NCBI GenBank assembly: GCA_012026655.1
Contig: JAAILG010001221.1
Location: forward strand, 1 to 64,000
DNA: 64,000 bases
Source of the DNA: Hydrolagus affinis
Lineage: Eukaryota
Reading direction: 5' to 3'
The notes under the pieces are model-generated. The model was not told where the DNA came from and searched no databases. It was given only the letters and a program-made list of their open reading frames with translations. Position 1 is the stretch's first letter; the number at the start of each line of letters is the position of its first letter. Position numbers and translations under genes: made by a program. This document shows positions 35,274 through 48,876 of this stretch, one piece after another.

Positions 35274-38200
35274 TATTGTCATCCGTCATCCACGCACTTC
35301 CGAAAGGTTGGTCACTGGAGAGAGGGTTTGCAATAAGAGGGATAACCTGGGAGGCTGACCCACCTTTTCTTGATCCTACAATGTTTCTTTATGATTTGAG
35401 TTTCTCGGTTGCTAAAGTCATGTTTGCAGTTACAAGTGTTTGATATCTTATCGTCATCCCTTCTGTAGGGACTTTAGCTGTGAATGTTGATTGATCTTGA
35501 CGGTTGCACTATTTGCTGTGTAGAATCCATCCTTCAGTCACATCAGGTGAATTCAATAATGTATTTATTGGCATCTCTGGTATTTAGAATGAATCTTTTT
35601 CTAAAAAAAAATTGCTCCAATCCACTGACTAGAATTTCTGGGGTTTTTATTTAATTCGATCAATATCACTGTGTCAATCATCTGACATTAAGGGATTCAA
35701 TAAAAATTAGCACTTCACTGCTGTAGATTTTGCTTGTGTAAAGAGATGCTTTCCCCCCTAAAAAATCTATCAAGTAAAGTGCACAACAAACGATTTCCAT
35801 TAGGTAGATAGCCAGCAATGGAGCTTACTTACCTTTAGGTGATGTATTACTCATTTGTCAAACTAACTGGCACTTCTCATAAATCACTGAAGAAGCCTGT
35901 CCCTTTAATAATTTTTGTTCTTATGGCTATATATGCCACTCCCTCCACACATTCTGTGCAGTGCCCTCCATGGCCATTTTTTCCAAAAAAAAACCACTAA
36001 ACAAAACATACGGTTATTCTGGATTGATTATGGAGAAAATTCTGTATTCAAAAAATTGCCTTTGTGATTAATTTTCCTTTTTAATTTAAAATTAAGCAAT
36101 GGTTTCAGTAATTAGATCAACAGCATTAGTCATATCCTGGCCTCAACCATCCTTCCTAATAAACCGTCCAGTTGTTAATTACTCTCTGTGTCCTCCTGTT
36201 TTACCGTCTCAGTACATCTGAAAATATTTCCTGTAATGAAATCTAAACGATAATATTTGGATAAAGTGTGAATATCACTCAAGATGATTCAAGGCCTGTA
36301 ACATACTTGAAACTCTCATACTGTAAGGATTCCTAATGTCAGTGTCCTTGTTATGGACAGTCCTTGTGGATCAGCTGTTTAATTTCAAGGAAGAGAACTT
36401 CTAACACTGGGTAGTAATGGAAATCACATCAGACAATTCACTATTTGATCATAAATGTACTCACTATACAGTACTTCTATAGGATGTAAAAAATTCATTC
36501 GGTTTTCAGACATATTTTCTTTCAATGTCTGTGATATCAGTGGCTTGCTCTTACATCCACACATAGGAATTTGCATTCCACTTTAGAATTTGCGTGAAGC
36601 TGGGAGAATGATAGGATTACATTTACTTGAGCCAGATAAAATTCTGACATAACCTATGGAAGGAATTCAGGATGAACAAGTATTTCTCTGTTCTCATGCC
36701 AGTTGAAGTCAGAATATTTTGTGACCAAGGCATGTAGTTCGTTCACTCAATCATCTGGCCAACACTAAAATGGTTATTTTCCATGTCACATGAAGCCAAA
36801 GGTGTACGAGTTTCCACAAAGCAAGAGTAAAGGTTGAGTTTTTCAACCTTTTTCAATAAATCTTGATCCCAAGATGCTTCTTCCACATCTGATCCTAACT
36901 TCTAAGGAAAATATATGTAGATAAGTGTTTCAGATATGCTTACAAAACAGTTCTGAATGCTTTGACTGTAAGCTGCGTACCATAAGACTTCAGAAATTTC
37001 GCATATGGAAAGTTCTTACTTGACACCAAATGGGAAATCTTTTCCATTTCATGATACATGCCTTCAAAGCAGCAGGCTTTTGGGAAACCAACATAGTGTT
37101 TACTATCAGCAGTGGCGGATTCTGAGCACTTAACCTGTCATAGTCACTAAGCAAGCTCTCAATCTTAGGTTCGACAGTGGCAGGTGGTTACTGAAACATT
37201 GGGATCAGAGGGAAAGAAGGAATACAGGAATCTAACCTCTGGGAAAGCCATTAAAGTACAAGAGTTCGTGGTCTCTCATGCTAAGGTTCCTCTGATGACA
37301 ACTAAAAGTTTTATCGCTCATGAACAACCAATGTGTGCTATTTCCACAATATACGTTGTATTACAGTACTACCATATCTGGACATTGAATTGTGTTCCTA
37401 AATTGTATGTTGTAGTCCATCAAGCTATCAATGCTCCATAGAGCTAGTTATCACTTCAGTTATACCACTGTGTATAGATTTGTTATACAAACATGTCCAT
37501 TCATTGATTTATTGACCAATACGTGGATCTGTCTCACAGTATTAGAATTTTTGTGCATCCTATTGTAAAGCTGTCTTTCATCCTGCCGCAAAGACCATTA
37601 GTGAATATTTACATTGTGGAGAACATTTTTAGCCAATATTTTAATGGCAACTTCCTCGTGCTTCCTCACTGCTTTCCCCTTGTGTGACTTGATCTGGGGA
37701 GGTGCAGACATGTCGAATAACTGCACACGTATGGGGGAATTGTGATTATCAGAGTTGCTGCCACTGAATTATTTCTCTTGCTCATGTTGAGCTACAATAA
37801 TGCAACTGTCAAATGTGATGTCAAATGTGCCCCATGTGAAGAAGATAGGGGATGCTTCTGATGAAGGCCATCCTATAAAAAACCATCTTTCTTGTTTGGT
37901 TGCTGTACATTTCCACTATTTTCTGGTTTTATTTCATCTTTACAGAGTTAGAAAAGGTTTTAAATCACTAAAGTTTAGGTTTGCCCAAGATGTTATTAAG
38001 ACATTGTCAGAAATGTAATTTCACTCACTGGATTCTCAAATGTACCTAAAGAAGAAGCTAAGGAGAGAAAAGTGTTATGTCCCTCTGAAAAAAAAACCTG
38101 TTCAAAGTAAACCTGATGACTAGGATCCCAGTAACAATACTGAACAGTAAGATACCGGGGCTTTGGGAAACTGGCTGACAAAATATTCCTGCTGCTTGGG

Positions 38201-38351
38201 TCAATAGAAATAACCTACAATTTGATGTTGGCTGTAAATATAAAACTTTACTCAAGAGATTGTGCCTCGTGTTAGAGAGCGTGCTCTTTTATACTACAAC
38301 ACATTTCACCCTTCCAACATGGAATACTCACCGCTGTGGATCAAATCTACT

Positions 38352-38401
38352 ACTCCCGATGTGAAAGGCGATCTATAAATGTAATTTTATTGTTGTTGTT
38401 G
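38352..38401 (+). mobile_element. partial L2-type tail copy
   Basis: CTCCCGATGTGAAAGGCGATCTATAAATGTAATTTTA-(TTG)n. Confidence 0.75.
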
Positions 38402-41400
38402 TACTACAGTATAGCGAGGCAGATTCTCAACATGAAAGTTAATTACAGGTATTTGAATAAAGTTCTGAGCAACAAACATGCATCAATATTAGACTTTGTT
38501 TTGGAGACTAACTTGCTAGCTTTGACAGGCCTGTCCACATGAAGTGATGTTGAGCAAACCTTTTCTTAATTTAAGGAAGAAGGAAAGAGTTGTGCATCAC
38601 TTCCATCACTTCCCCACAACCTTTACATGTTAAAAAATGATGCCTTCAACAGAATACATGCCATTGCATCCTGTGTTTTTAAATAAATGGGGAAAGACTT
38701 TTCCAAGCCTACAGTGCTCCATTATGGATAAAATGTTCAATCCCTTGAATGACCACTGCTGTGTTTTTGTTCAGGATGAAAACGTACCCACTTTAGCTCT
38801 GGTTTGCATCTTAATCGCCACAGGGTACCTGCTATATTACACTCTAGTGATACAGCACTTGTTAACAACCTCACTATGTCTGCTGGTCTGCACACACATT
38901 GTCATCATCAACACCCTCTATTTCATTTCTAAGCAAATGCTGATGTCCCAAGGTCACAGAGGCTATGAAGTAGCCATTAATCTAATACCTCTTGACAAAC
39001 AATGCATTGCGTTATGTATAAGCAGTAACTGAAGTCATTTTATACAGCAGTACATTATCCTAATTCCAATTGGGTTTTGTGTGGCCTTCTGTTTATGTTT
39101 AAGTCAATTAGAATTTGTACAAGTACCAGTGTGTTATTACTGAAACATAAAGAGAACAGAACCTTTTTCTGATTGATCTGCAATGCTATTTTAAAAAAAT
39201 CAAATCACAGCAATGTAGCCAGCATTTGGCATGGTTTAGGGTTCTCAAAAAGGTCACCATATTTGTTAAAAGCAATTTTGAATGGTACAATAGATTTAAG
39301 GTCTATGAATTTACTTTCTTGGCTGTAGAACACCTCAAATTGGAAATTGCTCAAATGACCCAAACTTCCTAATGCAGATAACAACGGGAATGAAGGCTGT
39401 TTTGTAGTTTTATGATTCAAGAATGACATCAAAGCCATACATTACTTAAGCAGAGAAATTGAATTGAAAAATGGTAATTAACTGTGTTGATGAGAACTAA
39501 TAAGCTATGTTTGCAATAATCAATGTATTATTGGGTTGTAAATTATGAAGCAGTTATAGTCTACACATGTACACAGATCCTTCCTGTTACTAAACACAGA
39601 AATAAGATGGGTAAAGGTCTAAATTGATGGAATTTGGCTTTTGAATGGAAGTATTCCATTAGAATTGTGATCCGAGATATCTTGCAGTCTAAACACGCTA
39701 ATCCTATTCTATAAGTAATATATGGTACACTGAAAAATATGATGACACTGGGCAATGATATGTTTATTACATTTGCTGTTATTTTAAGTAGCTGTCTGAG
39801 TGGTGAGTTTATGTAGCTATCTACTAAAAGAGTACATTATTTGTAGTTGAGTTACAAGAAAAAATCTCTATGATTAATCAAAATTATGCTTCAATGTTGG
39901 ACAGTGGCAGATACTATAGATCTTTCACTAATCTACTAAAATGGATACATGAATCCACTAGCATATTTTGAGGAGAATTTAATTCGTGATTTCGTTTAGG
40001 TAAAAGATAATTAGTGATAATACTGAAACTGTTTGGATTACATTGTGATTCTGTTCCACCACCAAATAAACTTGTCTCTACTGGATGACAAAGGGCATTT
40101 GTAGGTCATCTAAAAGGTGACATGGAGATCACACGGGCAAGGGAGGGGGACTTGACAGATCACTGTTCCTCATTTTTAGATAACTGGGACTAATGTTTTG
40201 AGCATTATCTGCATGTCTGTGTCACAGCAGTTGTCTCAATTCAGGTTTCTGATAAACGCCTCCATTGCCTCCATTTTCAGCTGCAAATCATTCACATCAA
40301 CAACAAACAGTGTCACCCACAACAGATGTTGTTCCCTCCAACTCCCTCTTAAAACGGCAAACTAGTGATCACTGGACTGTGAGAGTCAGACAGAACAAAT
40401 CGAGTGACTTTTATCTCTATTAATCATGCATTTCTCCAAAGTTCTCATTCAAATCTTTTTGTTATTTCCAGGCTTATTCATTAATCCTGACGACGAGAAT
40501 ATTTCTCCGTCAAGCTTTCAACTGGCATTCATTTTTATAAATGTCCTTCGCAGACCATTACAATAAACATGGACCAACAGAATTCTTACTTAGATGACTG
40601 CAAACAGGAAAATTACAACTGCAGGTCTCATTGGGAACACAGAGATAGATAGATACATATGGTTTATCAATGCCAAACCTATTCAGATAGCCCCTATAAC
40701 TGTGAGTTACATTGTTTGAAAATAATTTTATGTTGCACATGTAAAACATATACAACCAGTACTGTTGCTTCACAACTAGGTCTTCAAAGCATGTGTATAT
40801 TAGCTGGAAAACAAACAAGTCTGCTGCTTTTATTTTATTATGCGGGTAATGTATGTTACAGTAAAATTAATTGAAATAAAATTGCATGTTGATCTATTTT
40901 GTAATCTTTAATAATTGGATTCATTGCAGCACCCAAAAGATTTAACTTTATCATATGTATTACAGGCAACTTTGAGAAAGCAATGTGATTTCAGTAAAAA
41001 TGAAATTGCTTGAGTATATAGTGTTAAGATATTACCCTTCACTCACATTTTCAAGTCATTGGAATTTGTTTTAAATAAATATTAAATGGCCTAGAACAGA
41101 AATACTTAATTTTCTAACGCTGCAGTGCAAAACATGCCAGATGCTGCTTAAGACATAAATTATTCAAAACCAGAAAGGAAATTAATTGTAAATGTTTGTG
41201 GTCAATATAATAGGATCAATGTTTTATGCTTCACTTAGCATCAAACCACAGTCACATGTTAATGAATGACAATAACATTCAATGTAAGAGAGAAACACAC
41301 AATTTAGCAGAAGGAAAAGCTATAGTGGACAATTTTCATAGAGCCACCTGAAGCCAAAAATCGATAAAAGGCTTTGATTGCAAGAAAGAACAGGCATTGG

Positions 41401-42612
41401 GCATAGCAATTACCACTTGTCTTGCATTAATCTCACAGTTTGACCTTTAGAATTAGACAACGTGCCTGCCATCTCTAAAAATATCAATATGTGTATTGTT
41501 TTCAATATTTACTTGGATCCTTTTTGTCCTTCCTTACACTTCTGATTTTCCAATATATCACATTACCTCTATTAATACAGGGCTTTACAAATTGCTATGT
41601 GAGCAAAGTTTACAGTAATCTTTCCATCTCTAGGCAGCTTTGTGTTTGATACAATTCACTATTTCTGTAACTAAATAGATTTCTCTCTGCAGTGTGCAAA
41701 ATAACTTTTGAAACACTGAATTTGACTTAAATGTTACTAAACATTATCAGCTTTAATTATAACTACACCAGTGTACATTTGAGTAATTTCAAATGAGCTA
41801 ATTATTATTGACACGTCACTTTAATTGTTTTACAAAATGTTTTTATACTAATTAGCATTAATGTTGCACCACAGTTTATGCATTATGCATCATAAATGAA
41901 TTGCATATATTACAGATTAGTCTATTCAGCATATCAATAGGTTCACCACTGCTCTCCCCACAACAGCACGTAAACTCAGTCCCTTTGTGGCCATTTGAGT
42001 GTCAACACCTTATCTCTTAAAAGGCAATTTTCTCTCTTAGCTATCAGTAGCTATTTCCAGGTTGCCTTACCCTCCATTTAAAAACTGCCTTCCACAGTGA
42101 CTTCTTTATGTATGCACAATTTTACCTAGGTTGAAATGTGAAAACATATGTACATGTTGCCAATTTATAGACATTCATAGATCTCCATAGTCTGAAAAAT
42201 ATACTGACAACTGTGAATTAGAACCACCAGAGCACATGAGCTTCAAAGTGACCAGAGTATGTTTTATTCCAGAATGAAAACATTGTTTTCTATGCCATAA
42301 ATTGGTTTCTGACATGCTGTGCCAAGGCAGGGTATTGGGCAAGGACGTGTCAAGCAAATAATATAAAATAACTAGACATCTGCAGTTTTATACGACTTAA
42401 ATTTGGTAGGTGAAAAAAAATTACCCAAACTTCCTCAGGGGATTAAATGGGTTGGGTAAAATCCATAATTAAGTGGATTGCACTTGGTGTGATGGAACAG
42501 CCTGAATAAACCAAGCAACTTTTCCACATTCTTCGCTTACTCTTACAAAACACTATCTAGAAACAAGAGTGATTGCAAATAAAATGCTTCGATACATTTT
42601 CATGAGGTGCTA

Positions 42613-42817
42613 TCCTCACGCCTAATAATAATCCGTCAAAAAAAAACACAATAATAAAAATTGGTCGGTTCAATCCACGACTGCGGACACTGGTGTGCGC
42701 AATTGGCTGCCACGTTTCGCCCATAAATATACAGTCAATTCGCTTTGAAGCGCTTTGAATCATTGATAAGATGTGAAAAGCGCTATATCAAATGCAAGGA
42801 TTATTAGGATTATTATT
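42613..42817 (+). mobile_element. 5'-truncated SINE with small deletions
   Basis: AATTGGTCGGTTCAATCCACGAC...GTGTGCGCAATTGGCTGCCACGTTTCGCCC...TGCAAGGATTATT. Confidence 0.85.
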
Positions 42818-44237
42818 ACTATTATGGTATTGTGCTTGTTTAATGTCTTCCAAAAGATTGGGCTCTACAGAGCAACTGATTGGTAAAATGAAAATATCAA
42901 GGCAAACATAATGGCATAGAAATTGTTACTATTGTATACTAGCCTTTTGCAAATTATTTATGACATGACTGTACTATGACAACTTAAGAACATTCTCATG
43001 TAAGAAGCATGACACTTGACAAGCCTGTTCTCCTACCAGCTTTGTGGTTCGGAGCTAATACAGTATTTACAAGTGTAGCCCTTTGCACAGAATTAACGAT
43101 GGCTTTTCTGCTAGCTACATTCATGCCAATAATAAGCAGATCATCAGCTACAGGTTTTTACACTAGGTGACATCTAATTTGTATACACTCATTGCTGCCT
43201 CTTTTCACTTACTTAAGATCAGCTCAAGAATTTCACCCCCTCCCATCCCCCCCCCCCACCCACCCCCCCAAAAAAAGTTAATTTGTTCTTGCCTAACACG
43301 GTTACATGTAACAGCTGGCCACAAATATGCTGCTCTGACACCCAGAAGGTTAAATGGACAATGAACACACAAGACAGCTGGTGCATGAAATCAATAATGA
43401 GAAAATGAGTTCCACTGTATGTATGTTTTCTTTGTCTATTTCAAGTGGAAGGCCATTCAACTTGTGAACTTAAGGGTTAAAAGGATATATTACAGGTATC
43501 CAATTAGCAGTGGAGAACATCTGGAGGAACAATGTAACAGGAGAAGTAGAAAGCCCTGCAGTGCATTAGGAATATGGGAAGATCCATTAAGAGTTCAAGT
43601 CCTCCTGTTTATCCTAGAAGCCTCTCAGGGTCTAGTGATTCATTACTTATTTCACAAGCCTGGGAAAATCTAAATTGCATTTGTTTGGAACGAAACATTC
43701 AGTGTGACTGAATAAGTAAATCATACAGTTAGAAACGACAAGCAATTTTTTTTTATGTTAGATTTTGATGATTTTTTTGATTTTAGTTTTATTTAAGATT
43801 GCTCTCCAAGACGCAAGTAACATCTGCACTGTAGTTAAGCAGCTTGCCACTAGGCTGATGATTACTGTGTTAATTTATTGTGCAATTACATTTTACTGCC
43901 TTTTTATTTATTCTCAGGATGAAAAGAAGAGAAAAAAATGGAAACATAAAAAAAAACCTCAATGAATATTTTATGACCACTCCTTTTGTGAATTAAAAAT
44001 GTATCAATTTCATTTAGGAATTCTTTACAATACATGTTTTTTTAGAAAGACTGAACTAATAAAGATAAGATTCTGGCATTCACAAAGGAAACCTATATTG
44101 TTCGGAAAACAAATCAGTCTAATAAACAGTTTTATGTATGTCAAAGGCCTGTGGGACTCCAGGCAGAAACAATCCTTTCCTTAAATTTTTAACACTTTAA
44201 TGCATTGTTTCACTGAGTTAAACTGGAGAAATCACAA

Positions 44238-44293
44238 CGATAACAACAACAGCAAAATTACATTTGTATAGTGCCTTTCACGTCCGGAGGACG
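44238..44293 (-). mobile_element. partial L2-type tail copy
   Basis: (AAC)n-AAAATTACATTTGTATAGTGCCTTTCACGTCCGGAGGACG. Confidence 0.75.
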
Positions 44294-44577
44294 ATAAGAA
44301 TTTGCACTTCCTGTACCTGATGTATTTAGGTGTGAGAAGTGCTTTTAGGTGTTAGGTGTAATCAAACATATGCAACTAAGTGCTACTTAACAACAGTGAA
44401 GATCTACAAGCAGGGAGGAAAGGATAGGATTTAAAGGTGCAGACCAAAGACTCAGTCAATCAGTACTCTTTAAGAGGATTTTGCAGTCAGGGAGAGAAGA
44501 CACAAAGTCCAGGGATTTAGGGGAGGGAGTTCTTGAGCACAAGACACTGTGTGGAGCTCATTTGATTTAAAGCCTTA

Positions 44578-45068
44578 TCATGTCTTTGAGACATCTGAAT
44601 TGACTATATCTTATGGGCAAAACACAGATGAGAGATACAGAAAAATCAAATGCAGAGAACATGCTTTCTGCTGGAAGATGGACAAATTTTAAACGTTATG
44701 CAAAGGCAGTTTAATTGAAAAATGCATAATGGTTCAGATATTCTCACAAATGTGCGGTTTGGGGATTGCATTGTGGTGTTAGAAAAAAATCTCAAATTCT
44801 CAGAACTGCCAGTCAGAGATATGATAGAGCTTCCAGATTCCTCATGAGGCTATTAGGCAATAAATTGCACACAGCAGTGTCCCACAAACAGTTGTGGATT
44901 GAATTGACCAGTTTATTATATTTTTGAAGGATTTATTACCTCGGAAAAGGCGATCCGCCAATCAACCAACAACTGGGTTCCTGTTTACTAGGTAAACAGA
45001 GGTGTGTGGGTAACCAAATATTTCTCCCTACCGGGAATTGAACCCAGGTTAACCACTGGGCTACAGGA
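44578..45068 (-). mobile_element. SINE interrupted by a ~230 bp insert (44627-44857)
   Basis: GAATTGACTATATC..GGGCAAAACACA [insert] GGCAATAAATTGCACACAGCAGTGTCCCACAAAC...CCGGGAATTGAACCCAGG..AACCACTGGGCTACAGGA. Confidence 0.85.
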
Positions 45069-45234
45069 TTCCACATTATCCTGGGATAAACTTTTCTAAC
45101 TATCTTGGGAATTCCCGTCATTTCATTCAAAGCTTGAAGCAACACTAATATCAAATCAAACAAAAATTAAATGCACAGCAAGCGTTTGGCTGTGAGCCTT
45201 CATTGGAACTGATATTGGCGGCTGCTGATTAGAT

Positions 45235-45545
45235 AACATGGCAGCACTCTTGCCCCTGGGTCAGCAGGTTATGGCTCCGAGCTTCCCATTAGGACTGGAG
45301 CTCAGTGTAGGCTGACATCCCAGTGCAGTACTGGGGAGTGCTACATTGTTGGGAGATATCATCCTTTGGAACCAATGCGAAACTCTACCTTAAAGATGAA
45401 AATCATTCATTTAAAAAGAGAAAGCAGAGGCTTACCAATGTCCCAATCAAGAAATCCTTCAATAATAATTGAAGGCTGTTTGTGGGACTTTTTCGTTGCA
45501 AAATAACTACTGCAAATGACTTTAAAAAGTAATTTGTGTGAAAAT
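45235..45545 (+). mobile_element. old Deu-domain SINE
   Basis: GGCAGCACTCTTGCCCCTGGGTCAG...GGCTGACATCCCAGTGCAGTACTGGGGAGTGCTACATTG...GCTGTTTGTGGGAC. Confidence 0.7.
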
Positions 45546-47922
45546 AATTGAACTAGCAGTTATTAGTGTTTAAGCTAAAAAGTTGGTATAGTTTGGTTTT
45601 GACTAAATCAAAAATGCAAGGATCAATAATTAGAATGAAGCACTGCAAGAGATTGTAGGAATGGATTGTCAGCATTCTGCTTTTGATACAGATTTACAAC
45701 CTTTGCTGGTTTCTTTATTTCTAAAGAATATCAATTGCCATGGAAGAGTGACAGCATATGATAAGCTTGAGAGGGTGTACTAAAGGAGTAGAGACGAAAT
45801 GGAACAGAAACACAATGAAAGACAAAGTAAAAATAATTACAAACAAAACATTTTATTTTGCCTAATATACAAGGCAACAGGACAATATGACTTGTATTAA
45901 ATGCACTTTTTGATTTGCTCACTGGGAGTAAAGCACCTTCACAACTTCAGGTTATTTCCAATCGAAGTGGGTGGATTTTATGTTTGTTGTACTGTTTACC
46001 TAGTTAGCCTGCTCCCCCCTCCCCCACCCCACCACATATACACCTTTATTAATACAATATACAGATATATGTATTAGCAAATCGCCACAACGTCCTCACT
46101 TATTTCTTATTATTATCCCTAAATATGTGTCAGTTCAGATTTGCCATTTCCCCCATCCAAATCACTAATGGGACAAAGGTGATATCACCTCCATTGGATA
46201 AATGGAATATAAGCACGTCATCATTCAAAAGCAACAAAGTTACCTTAATTTATTCTGATGAAATCTTGTCCTGTTATATCTATAATAACAATGATCATCT
46301 TAATTTAGGTGTATAATTTTGCAGTCCATACACACAATGCACACTTAAGCAGTAGATTAATGGCTCCTTTCTCATCTTTGCAAAAGCTAATGTGTTAATT
46401 GTTCATTTAAATGGGTCTGTTTAACACCTCATTATTCATTAAGTACTGGAAGCCAACTACTGTAAGTGTCATACCAAGTTTCTTAACAAAAACCCAGCAT
46501 TTTTCAGCTGTACTATCAGACTGCACATCGTTTTACATGCCCTATGAAAGTTCTGTACAGTATATACTGTACAAACCTATAGCTGGTTTATAAGGGAATT
46601 GCCTATTTCCATGAGGAGTTCTAATAGACTCCAAATAAAAAGTAGCCAATTAACAATTTTATATGTCCCAAATCATTTAAATGATTCTTTTACAATTCAC
46701 TCTGAATGCACACTTTCCAAAAAATATTTTTTACACAAAAGTAATTTGTCTGCTTTCTGAAACTTTTGTCCAATTGAAAACTCCAAGTGCAAACTTCAAA
46801 TACAAGTATTATTATTAAGTAAATTATTATAGTTGTGTGCTGGTCATTAAACAAAATGAAGATCACTTCTGCTTCAGTTCACAATTACTATCTTCGATGA
46901 AAAATTCCACACAGGGAAATGGGAGCGAAGATGAGGCATCTTTTCTGGAAACCGACCAAACTCGGCACAGCAATAATCACCGGGAAATAAGTACAAATGT
47001 GTAGAAATTTAGTAATGTATCTAACAGGAGTACACAAAAACTACCAGGTCAGTGCACAAGATCTTCAGCCTGGCACCATAACATATTTAATACTGGTATT
47101 GCTCAAGAAATATATTTTTTGTTGGGCGTATAGTGTACAGATGGTTTTAGTGTCACCCTCAGATTCATAGCATACTGGTGCCAGAATACCATCAATGGAT
47201 TAACTAATGTTAGATCACACCCAATAAGAAGATTCCCTTTCTTTTGCTTCCTTCCAACTATTGTTTTGTTGCGGCAGATGGTTTGGAAACTCACATTTTA
47301 CAAAGTTTTTTATCCCCCACAAGAATACTCTGGGGACTCACTTCACTGCACTTCAAAAGATTGAATTTAGTTCCCTGTCTCTTCAGCACTTTTCAATTAC
47401 TAAAGCGCTCACTGGCAACTAGAGATTGGTTAGCAGCATTGTGTCTGTCTGAGTGACTGTGAATGTATGCTTGTGTGTGTATGTATGCGAGTGAGGCAAA
47501 AGTCTGCCTTGTCCCATTGCATGCAATGCATAACTCATTTTGAATGTTGTACTGCACTTACCCAGCAACTGCATATATGGGACATATATGATAGACTCTA
47601 CTATTTCTTGCACAGGCAATTATTGCATCTTAACTATAGCTTATTTTAACCAGGATAGGACTCGAACAAATCCTACGTTTCCTTTTACCCACCTGCAGGG
47701 GAAAAAAATGTGATATCTCATATCCATTATTATAGTAAAGGTTAAGTCTGCTGTCATACTCTGCTATTTAGTTTATCATTATTCGAGAAAAGTGAAATTA
47801 TGTTAGGTCACTTGAATACCCATAAGGAAACTTTACACACTTTTAAAAACACCAACAGCCCCCAGCAATAAAAAAAAAGTGTTTTTTTAATTAATTGGAT
47901 TGATAATATGATGATCTCTTTC

Positions 47923-48165
47923 TATTTTGGGAGCCCAGTGAGTGGCTCATGCTCCACAGACAGCAGAAGCCCTCTGGTGCTTCACCAAAGTGGTCATAAT
48001 TCATGCTTGAGCCTGGACCATGAGTGTCAAAAGGCTATTCAACCGTGCGACCATATAATCAAGACTGATTCTGTCCTCACCCGTGGTCCACACACATACA
48101 TTTTCTGGCAAGGGTCAATGGATTTCATTCAGGAACAGGAACTGTGATTGATTGCTTGTTTTTCA
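47923..48165 (-). mobile_element. AmnSINE2-like relic
   Basis: GCCCTCTGGTGCTTCACCAAAGTGGTCAT...GAGTGTCAAAAGGCTATTCAACCGTG...CTGTCCTCACCC...TCCACACAC resembles recalled AmnSINE2 consensus. Confidence 0.65.
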
Positions 48166-48876
48166 AGTCTACCATTTTCAATACCCTTTCTGGCACTGTT
48201 GGCCCATTTGGGTCTTTCCTGTTCCTCTTGGCTCAATACTGCACTGGGATAATTGTGAGGTTCTCAAAAAGGATTTGCAAATAGCAAGTACCTGGCGCGC
48301 TTGGGCAGACCTTTATTTGAGTTTCGACCTCGGGATTGGTGTCAAAGGAGAATCCTGGTCATCTGCAAGGAAATGGTATCGAGGTACAGGTCGAGATCTA
48401 CTATTTACAAATCTCTTTGTGAATTTTACAAACTAAACTCTGTGTAATATTCACTCAGTAGCTTTTATTTAAAATAGAAGGTGGGGGCTCATTGGATGAA
48501 GTTGTTCGTCAATTGTATCTACTGTGGGAGAATTCTCCATTGTTTATTTATCTGTTTTTCTTTATTCAATATTTATTTGAATATATACAGCGGTTGCCAA
48601 GTTCCCACAAATTTGAGCAATTAATCCTGACCCATTGACTGCTGCGAGTATTTAAAAGTACTGAAAATATTGAAATGAGGCAGCTGTTGGTAAATTTCAT
48701 TACGTTGAAAAGTGCCAACAGAATTAGCGAGAAAATTTAATTCAAACATCAAACCTCAATTTTCGCCCAGGACACAATAATGAAATAATAAGAAACGGAT
48801 TATGGATCAAGTGAGTTGTTAATGTATTGGAGCACTTCAGTAAACCTATAACAATTTCTGCACATAGGTCGGATCA

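Noticed and set aside
35824-35900. Minus-strand donor AAG|GTAAGT
   Set aside because: All three frames upstream contain stops; no coding support.
48320-48398. TCGACCT...AGGTCGA inverted repeat as pre-miRNA
   Set aside because: Pairing is short and discontinuous; no recognisable mature miRNA.
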